In this document: piece after piece, positions 37,853 to 48,300 of the stretch
How the letters are laid out: each line of letters begins with the position of its first letter
Numbering within the stretch: the first letter of the stretch is position 1
Origin: Enoplolaimus lenunculus
Lineage: Eukaryota
Length of the DNA stretch: 64,000 bases
Assembly (NCBI GenBank): GCA_030248215.1
Contig: JASANG010003005.1
Span: forward strand, 310,001 to 374,000
Direction of reading: 5' to 3'
Notes under the pieces: model-generated
The model's database searches: none
What the model saw: the letters and a program-made list of their open reading frames with translations, nothing else
Told to the model about the DNA's origin: nothing
Position numbers and translations under genes: made by a program

Positions 37853-40800
37853 ATGCCAACATATAAATTACGATATTTTCAATTCCGTGGAAGAGTTGAA
37901 CCACTCAGAATGATGTTCGCTTTCGCTAAAGTTCCCTATGAAGAAGATCTGATCACGATGGATAATTGGCCAAATCATAAGGCTGGTAAGGTAATACGCA
38001 GCGTCCGTTTGATAAACGTTTTCAGGTTGCTAAACATTGTTTTGAAATTGTCTCAAAATAAATATCTTTTAAAACACTTTTTTATAAACTAAAAGTAAAG
38101 CCCTATTCACACATGCAAGTTTTGGCTGCGAGAACTTGCAGCTGCAATTTGCACTTGCAAGTATTGTCCAAAATCCGATTCGAAAAGTTGCAGCTGCAAA
38201 TAATTCATTAAAATTATAGATAGGAATCTAGTTCACATATGTGAATAACCAATCAAGTCCACTGAATTTTGTAGCCGCTTTCTCATTAGCTGATGAAAGA
38301 TGCAAGTTCTGCGGGAAATTTGCAGCTGCAAGTTCTCGCAACAAAAATTTGCACGTGTGAATATAGGGCTTAACGCTGTATATAATGAATGGCTAGTGAG
38401 CAAAACGCATTTAAGTAAAGGCGCAAAACATAGACGGCATTATTAATAGAGAACGTTAATTCTTAATAAATATATAAATTTGAAGAAAGTTTCAATAGCT
38501 CCTGTTGACAAATACGGCCAATGTTACTTTAAAGGCCGTACCATTTTCCCGGGACAGAAATGTACCAGGAGTACCCGTCCCATTTTCCCGGGACAACAAT
38601 GTACCAGGAGTACATTCAAAAAATATAATGGGACAGCGGGACCGTTGGGACAGCTGAGACAGTGGGACAGATGGGACAGTTGGGACAGAGATGGGACAGC
38701 GGGACAGATTTGACAGTTGGGACAGATGGCACAGTTGGGACAGATGGGACCGTTGGGACACTTGGGACAGTTGGGACACTTGGGACAGTTGGGACACTTG
38801 GGACAAACGGGACAAATGGGACAGTTGGGACAGATGGCGCAGTTGGGACAGATCGGACAGTTGGGACAGTTTGGACACTTGGGACACATGGGACACTTGG
38901 GACAGATGGAACAGATGGGACAGTGGGACAGTTGGGACAGCGCGACAAATGGGACAGTTGGGACAGATGGATCAGGTGGGATACTTGGGACAAACGGGAC
39001 AGATGGGACAGTTGGGACAGATGGGGCAGTTGGGACAGATGGGACAGTTGGGACAATTGGGACACTTGGGACACTTGGGACAGATGGGACAGTGGGACAG
39101 TTGGGACAGCGGGACAAATGGGACTGGTGGGACAGATGGGACAGGTGGGACACTTGGGACCCTTGATACACTTGGGACAGATGGGACAGATGGGACAGTT
39201 GGGACAGATGGGACAGTTGGAACAGATGAGACAGTTGGGACAGATGGGACAGATGGGATAGATGGGACAGTTGGGACAGATGGGACAGTTGGGACAAACG
39301 GGACAGATGGGACAGTTGGGACAGATGGGACAGTTGGGACAAATGGGACAGTTGGGACACTTGGGACAGATGGGACAGTTGGGACGCTTGGGGCAGATGG
39401 GACAGTTGGGACGATGGGACAGTTGGGACAGATAGGACAGTTGGGACACTTGGGACAGATAGGACAGTTGGGACACTTGGAACAGATGGGACAGTTGGGA
39501 TAAACGGGACAGTGGGACAGCTGGGACAGTTGGGACAGATGGGACAGTTGGAACTGATGAGTCAGTTGGGACAGATGGGACAGTTGGGACAGATGGGACA
39601 GTTGGGACAAACGGGATAGATGGGACAAACGGGATAGATGGGACAGTTGGGACAAATGGGACAGTTGGGACAAATGGGACAGTTGGGACAGATGGGACAG
39701 TTGGGACACTTGGGGCAGATGGGACAGTTGGGACGATGGGACAGATAGGACAGTTGGGACACTTGGGACAGATAGGACAGTTGGGACACTTAGAACAGAT
39801 GGGACAGTTGGGGTAAACGGGACAGTGGGACAGCTGGGACAGTTGGGACAGATGGGACAGATGGGACATATATCCATATATATTTATATATTATATATGT
39901 ATATATAATATATAAATATATAAATATATAAATATATATTTTATATATATATATTTATATATTATTTATATGTATATATAATATATATAAATATATATAT
40001 GGATATCCTACGTAAATATATCTGCCTGTGCATATGTAAACAGGAGCGCATAAGTCTGCACACGGATGGCCTTTATGGTAACATGGGCCACAAATACGAC
40101 CCATGTAAAGATCAGGGGCGGAGAGTTTTTTCTGTGGGACTGCAATAGAGTAAGCTTTTAAGCTTTATACTAATTTTTTTGCTTGGCTTAGGCTTATGCT
40201 TAAGAATATGCTTATAATACTGTTCCGCCTGTGTTCTTTACATTGGCCACAAATGCTAAGGTTTTTAATGAATGTTTCAGAACAACCATTCGGTTCGCTT
40301 CCGGTATTGTATGTCGACGGCAAAGTACTGTGCCAAAGTAATGCAATTTCCAGATTTGTTGCGCACAATCTTGGTAAACATTAAAAGTCAATTGTGAAAA
40401 CATAGTTTATACCGTATTTTAAAAGCTACGGCCAATGTTTACTTTTAGGGGCGTAACAGTAGATTAAGCGTATTTCAAAGCCTCTCAACGCAGCTAAACA
40501 ACATATATATATATTAAAATCAATCTCGAACATAGCGTTAATAAACGAATTCCTGGTGTCATTTTTCTATTGCTTGAATTAAGTTCCTCCCACTTCATGG
40601 CAGAGCTGGAATTTCCTTATAGGATAGCGCAACAATTGCTGATAGTCTGTAGTCGACAAAATTAAACGAACCATGTATAAAACACCGGCCCGATTGCTTT
40701 CCGGAGTGGCTGTAACACAGTCAGTTTAAGCTTTAGACGTTGCTTAGGCTTTTAGGCTTAGGCTTAGGAATAGGCTCATCCTTACGCTAAGGCTTAGGCT

Positions 40801-43243
40801 TAGGAATATGTTTATACTACTGTTCCGGCCCTGTTCTATACATGGACCAATTGAATTTATATTTAACAACTGTAAGTTCTTAAAAAACTATTAATTAACC
40901 GCATTTCGGTAAAGTTTTAATGTTTGATTAATAGATACCATACTTCGATATGCTTTTAATGCTAAATTTTTCAGGGCTGACAGGGTCTAACCGCTGGGAA
41001 GGTTCACAAATTGACATGTACATCGACGGATATGTTGATTTTATGACCAACGTTGCAGAAAGTTTGGCACCTGCATTAATGATCGGTGATCAACAAAAAG
41101 CGGTAATTTTTTAGTTTTTCTTTTTATATGTTAGAATTCTAGAAAGTTGCACTTTTTTGTTTTGTTGTGTAGGTGTATATTACATATATAGGCACCGGAT
41201 ATCCGGATACGTGAAAAATTTTTAAATCTGGGCACAACCGGTGGTCTGCGTCCGGCTGCAGCAGAAAATCGGCCACCGGCTATGTTTCCGGCTCTGGTTG
41301 AACTTTTTGCCGAAAGTTTCGGCTATTTCGGTAGTAAAATTTTGGATAACTTTGCAAAATTTATCTGTTTGTGTTTCGTTTTACTTTTGTCACAATTTTC
41401 AGACCGATTCCTGTATTTTTGACATCCGGTTGCACCCTGAGGTCTAAATAAAAAAAGAAATATATATCCGAAAATCATAATGACCCGACTATAGCAGGGT
41501 ACAACCGGAGGTCAGCCTCCGGCAGAAAATCGGTCTCAGTCTCCGGCTCCGGTAGAATTTTTGCCGGAGGTTCCGGCAATTTTGGAAGCAAAATTTTGCA
41601 AAATTTATCTGTTTAGCACGTTTCGTTCTTCTTTTGTCACAATTTTCAAAAATTTCCAGAATTTCGCAGAAAATTAGCATAAAACCAAACAACATATTAA
41701 CAACATGTTGCAGATATTGGGTAAAATTAACTAATTAACCATCATTTTTACTACCTAATTTCGCCTCACATCCGGTTCCGGCAAGTTTCGTTGACCTCCG
41801 GCTCCGGTATTTTTCGCCTCCGGTTGCACCCGGGATTATAGGGATTTCGTAAATCGACAGTTTAAAAATCAAATTATGCATAGTTTATAAATAGCTACGA
41901 TATACCCTAAAGTAGGTACACAAGTTTGCAAGCAATCACATTTCACTTTAGCAAAAATCTACTTTGCGACAAAGTTCACAAGGAGACGGCATATCATATG
42001 AGTATGCTTCATTTTAGCAAGAAATTTATGATACCAAATATGAAGGCACTGTTCTACCGTTTTTGAACCGTTATGAACGTTTTTTGGCCGAAAATGACGG
42101 TACATGGTTTGTTGGATCAAAGGTGTGTTTGTTCTTCATTCGTACATACATATGTATAGTTATCTACCTGATGCGCTAGAGTTTACGCGGGGTTCACGTT
42201 ATAACCGGGGCAGCATAGGACACGTTTTGTCCCTATTAGACTATTGGGTAACATTTTGTCTGCTTATAGACCCTATATCATATTTAAAAATTCGTTTTTG
42301 TCTGCTACATTAGTCGGCCATCTTTTATTCTTGAATATCATATGATATTCGAGGTATCGTCTGCGAATATCATATTCAAGGTATCGTCTGCGAATATCAC
42401 AGAATATATTTTCAAATGTCTGCATACTTGAGGCAACAACCCAAATTGTCCTGTTGAATATCATATATATACTAGAATTTGAAATGTTAATTTTTGAATT
42501 CTGGAGCTGCGGTTCTAAGCGCTTTCGTGTTGGAAACGATTTGCAGGCGCTTATTTGATATTTAAAACACCTGTGCATCTGCCGTCCAAGTTTTCATTCA
42601 TTTTACCCAAAGATCATCCTGTCCTGTTAAATATCATATGATATTGGTTGAAATTTTGGAATATCATGACATTCGCATAATCATCCCACCGTATCACGTG
42701 ACATATCGTCCCTTGTACACATTGATCATTTTGAGAGCGGTGGTTTGTATTAAGATAATGTCATATAACATTCGAGTTTTGTCTGTTGACCCAAAGAGCC
42801 CGAATTTTAACGTTGACGTCGAATTAACATCGGACAAACCGTGTCCCGCCTGCCCCGGTTATAGGGCAGAGCCAAAATTAAACACATGGGTGAGGGGCTG
42901 ACCAACCTGACCCCCTAGAAACATCTTTGCAAAATATGGTCAAAAATTTATCAACAGAATTAAAATATTTCTAATTAAGTATAGGCAAAGGCCGATCAAA
43001 TTTGGCCAAAGTTTTAGCTATCTTTAAAAATTCTAAATTCCGCCTAAATTGCGCAATGTTCTATTAACATTTCAGGTTAGTTGGGCGGATTTCGCAGTTG
43101 CTGAAATACTGCAACGTTTAGGCGAATTGTTTCATCATACTTTGCTCGACAACCATCGATTATTGCGCAGCCACCGAGACCGTGTGTTCGCGTTGCCTGG
43201 TGTCAAAGAATACGTTGCACGTCGGCCGCAAACAACGTTTTAA
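37853..43243 (+). CDS. Sigma-class glutathione S-transferase, copy 4, most divergent (5 exons, 208 aa)
   Basis: Exons 37853-37985, 40281-40373, 40975-41102, 42018-42122 and 43076-43243. MPTYKLRYFQFRGRVEPLRMMFAFAKVPYEE...EQPFGSLPVLYVDGKVLCQSNAISRF...VSWADFAVAE...ARRPQTTF*. Confidence 0.93.
38099..38370. mobile_element. Harbinger/Tourist-like MITE with TIR AGCCCTATTCACAC(G/A)TGCAAG and TAA TSD
   Basis: TAA on both sides. Homologs at 31847-32136 and 52543-52819; partial at about 11190-11715. Confidence 0.8.
38516..40089 (+). mobile_element. Merlin-like non-autonomous element with GGGACA minisatellite cargo, in GST4 intron 1
   Basis: TIRs GGCCAATGTTACTTTAAAGGCC / GGCCTTTATGGTAACATGGGCC; perfect TSD ACAAATAC (38508-38515, 40090-40097). 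Confidence 0.88.
38629..39868 (+). repeat. G-rich 9-bp minisatellite GGGACA(GAT/GTT/CTT/AAC), about 1.25 kb, followed by an AT-rich tract to about 40000
   Basis: Directly visible. It accounts for all the long low-complexity ORFs at 38480-39877. Confidence 0.95.
40098..40248 (-). mobile_element. TTAGGC-carrying Merlin-like MITE sharing its target site with the GGGACA element
   Basis: Flanked by ACAAATAC (40090-40097) and ACAAATGC (40249-40256). Confidence 0.82.
41495..41833. mobile_element. hAT-like MITE (CAGGGTACAACCGGA TIR) in GST4 intron 3
   Basis: TSD GACTATAG/GATTATAG. Homologs at 43800-44127 (TSD CTAGTGAG/CCAGTGGG) and 41228-41439. Confidence 0.8.
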
Positions 43244-43259
43244 ACAAGACAGTATATAT

Positions 43260-43620
43260 GGCTGGGTTTCTGAAATCTTATTAATTAATTACTTAAGATA
43301 TGCTTAAGTCTTTATTTAAGTCAGTGACTTAAGTAAATATTTAACTTTTCGAACAATTCAGGTAAACGCTAAATGTGAGCCATTGTCATTACAAACAAAA
43401 AGTAACAGCTTTATACTAAGGAAGCACCACGATTGTACAATTTTAGCTAAACCAGGTTAGCATCCTGAACAGCTAATTTGTATTCTATCAGATTTAGTCA
43501 GCGACTTAAGTAGTTACTTAGCTTAAGTATAAGTACACTTTCAAAAACGACAAAATAGCTAAGTATAACTGCTTACCCCGTATTATGTTGGTACTTAAGA
43601 AGGGTTTCAGAAACCCAGCC
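43260..43620. mobile_element. GGCTGGGTTTC-TIR MITE inserted 17 bp after the GST4 stop codon
   Basis: AT|GGCTGGGTTTCTGAAA...TTTCAGAAACCCAGCC|AT. Confidence 0.8.
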
Positions 43621-44442
43621 ATTGTCTTTTATAGTTGTTGAAAAAGAAACGTTTTAAGAAAAACTAACTAGTAACTGGATAAATGTTTTAGCAGAAATTG
43701 TGTCTGTTGCTGAAGGGTGTTTCGGCCCATGTATACTTCCGCACCGTCCCAAAGTCACACCGCTCTAACTATAAACTGATATCCTTTGTAGCTAGTGAGC
43801 AGGATACAACCGGAGGTCTGCCTCCGGCTCCGGCTTCGGCAGAAACTGGCCTCCGACTTCAGCTCCAGTAGATTCTTGGCGGAGGTTCCGGCAATTTCGG
43901 TAGTAAAATTTTGCAGAATGTTGCAAAATTTGTGTTTAGCCCGTTTTGTTTTGCTGTTGTCACCATTTTCAGGAAAGAATTTCTGAAATGTCGCAGATAA
44001 TTAGCATAAAATCAAACAACTTAACAACCATATTGCAGATTATTGCCTAACTAATTAACCATCATTTTTACTGCCTAATTTCGCCTCACCTCCGGCTCCG
44101 GTATTTTTCACCTCCAGTTGTACCCTGCCAGTGGGATTCTCACATATTGGGATTATGATGATGATGATAATAATAGCAGATAACTACGAATTTTTAAACA
44201 CGATACTAATTTTATCAGCAAAAAATGTTACAATGTAATCAATAAGCACAAAACATATTCTAAACTTCCCCGATTATGCACAACGTTAACCCCACATTGC
44301 TGAACCAATCACTAGCTGGCAACAGGCGCTGGCTAGACACATCTGACAAAATGGGCTTAACTTTGAAAGTTGTTGAGTAGGGTATAAACGGACCGGAAAA
44401 TACCGGAACCGAATATATGTATAAATGTAATCGAGGTTCATA

Positions 44443-44696
44443 CACTGTAAATTCCAGTGAATATAATAATCAACTCAGCTAGTGAGTTAGTTATTTCTGA
44501 GTTATATAACAATACGCATTAACTCACTCTGAGTTCAGCTGACTGTCACTCTCAGTTGATATGATTCCGGGTGAGTTGATCAGCTAACTCAGAATGAGTT
44601 GAATCAAATCACAAATCTAGAGTTCTGATAGTCCTAACTCAGACTGAATAAGTCAACTCACTCTGAGTTAATATCAACTCACTGCAATTTACAGTG
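44443..44696. mobile_element. MITE with TIR CACTGTAAATT and ACTCA/TGAGT-rich interior
   Basis: TA|CACTGTAAATT...AATTTACAGTG|TA. Homologs at 16496-16748 (nested in a TTAGGC MITE, AA duplicated) and 2372-2737 (rearranged). Confidence 0.8.
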
Positions 44697-44973
44697 TAAG
44701 CTTATAATCACATGGATTTTTGAAATTTAGTAGAAAACATCACGGATACACCTAAATTTACTGCTTACCTTTCAATTATTGTGGTGATAGTACAGCGAAC
44801 TAGAAATAGGCTTAAAATATATATACCATAAACAACATTTACTTTATTTAACAACGCTTGATCGGCTACTTTTTAGTCACTTATAACATGGTTTAGCCTT
44901 ATATATGTAGGTCCGAATTACCGCTATTTGGATGCAGTAGCAAAAGCGGTCAAATTACACTCGGGTAATATTT

Positions 44974-45104
44974 GGCCAAAGTATAGAACAGGGCCATAAC
45001 TGTAGTATAAGCGTATTCCTAAGCCTTAGTGAAAAATTAAATCTAAAGCTTACTCCGCTGCAGTCTTGCAGCAACACGTTCCGCCCCTGATCTTCACATA
45101 GGCC
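44974..45104 (+). mobile_element. Short TTAGGC-family Merlin-like MITE
   Basis: TSD TAATATTT/CAATATTT; GGCC termini. Confidence 0.75.
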
Positions 45105-45333
45105 CAATATTTGAATAAATCCGACAGTACCTTCTTACTTCTAATTAAGTTGTCTATATTTTATTTTGCATTATTTTTACATTCTATATTTTATTTTTTA
45201 TTTTAAACAAGTCGACAGTTAAGGAGAAAATTCATGAATAAATTCAAGTAATATGAATGCATGAATATATAAACATTAGCCAAATGTACAAATCCACGGA
45301 ATTTTTGGCGTTAGAAAATTGATTTTCGCGTTT

Positions 45334-48300
45334 TTACGCCAATGTCACTTTACTACCGGAAGTGTCCACATGTTGTACACCGCCCGTCGTACTTGAATCA
45401 AAGTTACTGTATCTGAAACAAGACATCCGTTAAATTGTTAAACACTGTACGATATATATTTAACGTATATACACTGCACTGAATTGCCCATAGTCAACTC
45501 TATGTTAGAATGGGTTACGGATATAAAACTAAAAAATTTTCGCTTAAAACAATGCGTTAATGAAGCATTCACTAAAACATCCAAAGTGTCAAAAATTCTA
45601 ACTTTTCAATACACTGCAAAAAATGGTGAGTCAAATTGATTCTCCCGAAATAGGCTTTTCCGGACTACGCAAACAGAGTCAAATTAGACTCCGCCAGAGT
45701 GTCGTTCTTGCACTACAAAAAATGGTGAGTCAAATTGACTCTCTCTGAAACAAGCTTTATGGGACTACGCAAACTGAGTCAAATTCGACTCCGCCAGAGT
45801 CACATTTGACTCACTGTGTCGCACGTTTGACTCGGGCTGAGTCGAATTCAACTCAGTTTGTGTAGTCCCGTAGAGCCTATTTCAGAGAGAGAGAGAGTCA
45901 ATTTGACTCACCATTTTTTGCTGTATGGAATACCAATATTTCATTGTTACAGACGCTTTACTCAGCTATTTGTACTACACAAACATGCGGTAAAAGGTTA
46001 ACGCAACTAACATGTCTCGATATCTTTGCAGTACATTTTTCGGTAACGACGGGTGAGCGCTGTTAAGCGGAGCTTCCAAATCACGCCAGCAAACTTGGAC
46101 ACCTTTTTGGTCGCCAACCGTCACACCATAGCCAAAATTAGACGCTTCCGCACCCGCAACGCCTTGTTGATGTACAGCATTAAGCTGGCCAGCATGCATT
46201 AACGCACGCAAGTCAGCACCAGAAAACGCATCAGTATGTTCTGCGATCAAATCTAAACCCACATCATCTGCTAGATTAATATGTCGTGAAATAGCTTCGA
46301 CAATTTCCAGTCGCTCAGACGCTGTGGGTAAATCACAGAACAGGCGTTTGTCGAGACGTCCAGGACGCAACAATGCTGGATCGACAAGATCAGGCCGACT
46401 TGTTGCCGCAAGAACAAACACATTATTTAACTCTTCGACTCCGTCAATTTCCGTTAGCAATTGGTTCACAACTCGATCGGTTACACCAGTACTGTCGTGA
46501 CCGCGTCTAAAATAGCATTTTAAACATTATTTTATGTTACATATTGTACAACATTCACATTTAATTAAAATATAACTAGCCAGCTTTTAGAAGTTTCAAT
46601 ATTGTGCAATCATTGCATCCAGCAACGTGCAACCCCCCACCCGTCCCACACATATGAACACCTTTAACAACCAGGAGGGCAGAACACAAAATTTTAAAAT
46701 ACGAAATTTCAACTGAAAATCGTTAATTTTTAATGTTTCTTGATTTTGAAGGATACTCTCGCATTTAACGCGACTCCGCATCATTACACATTTGGCACGC
46801 GACTGATTGCTGCGTCTGGTATCATAATAACAACGTTTTTCAATCGTATTATTCAAAACCAAACAACATTTATCACAAGGTTTTTACGGTTACAATATCA
46901 ATAGTACACTGTAAAAAAATAGTGAGTCAAGTTGACTCTCTCCGATATAGGCTTTTCTGGACTACACACACTGAGTCAAATTCGACTCCGCCAGAGTCAA
47001 ATTCGACTCACTGAGCGATTCATTGAGTCAAATTTGACTCTGGCGGAGTCGCATATTGACACAGTTTGTGTAGTCCGGAAAAACCTATTTCGGAGAGAGT
47101 CAATGTGACTCATCATTTTTTGCAGCGTATGAGAAGCCAAGCACAACTAAAACATTAAATTCAGCTGTTTCTACGCCAACCAGCAAATAATTATTAGGTC
47201 GAGTCCAAGGCCTGTATTCTCAAATGTGTGCAGCATCTATCTCCAGTGATAGGTCTTGTAACTTTCGAACCAGAGAATGTTGAGGCTCAAAATTTAGTAC
47301 ATTTTTAAAATATGATCTGCTCTAATTCTGTATCAACTTTGAGTTCAACAACTACAATAGTTAGTTAGTTACAAAGTTACTATAAACTGATGATAGTTGC
47401 TATACACATTTGAGAATATGAGCTTCGATTATAAAAACGACTTTAAAAAACATTTTACAATACTTAATTTCACCAGAATTTTGTTAACTTTAACCTTACG
47501 GGATATATAACAAGTGATTAAGTACCTTGGTGCTAAACTCTCAAATTCGTCAAAAAACAGTAGACACCGCTTGATGCTCCGAGCTCTAAAACAAAAATGC
47601 TAGCAATAAGAATTGCCTTGCAGCAAGTATTACAAAACCATAGGTACACACCACACGGCCCATGTATAGAACAGGACTGGAACAGTAGTATAAGCATATT
47701 CCTAAGCTTAAGCCTAAGCCTAAGCGTATGGATGAGCCTATTCCTAAGCCTAAGCGTATGGATGAGCCTATTCCTAAACCTAAGCCTACGCAAAAAATTA
47801 GTCAAGCTTAAACTGACTCTATTATAGCACGTTCGGAAACCGATTCCGCCGTGTTCTATACATGGGCCCACCACACGGTCGTCTTATGTTCAACTTGCAC
47901 AGAGTTACACACACAGTCCACGCTATACATAGCCTACACTCCATTTTGACCAAATTTAACGGCGTAATAAATTCCAGTTAACAAACATTAATCAGTATCA
48001 GAGTACACAAAATTAAATTTTTAGTACGAAAAGAATAAAGAGTTTGGTGACATAATCGATCAGTAGTTGACGGTTATGAAATTCCGGAAGAATATTACTG
48101 AATTGGCGATTAATTGCGTCGTAGTCAAATTTCCTACATGCGAGTCTCGCCGTTAGAAATACTAAGCGTAATATCGCGACAAGTTTATTTTGTATTCTTC
48201 GAACAAAATAGGTAGGTAGATAGATAGATAGATATCCGTTGAAAGAGACCTCGAGGTGTTTAGACACAGTTGATGCGTTACACAGTACAGAACGGGTAAC

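Noticed and set aside
38480..39877. Long ORFs (up to 417 aa) resembling collagen-like, metallothionein-like or antifreeze repeats
   Set aside because: All frames on both strands are open only because the 9-bp GGGACA unit lacks stops. The tract lies inside a TSD-flanked element in a GST intron.
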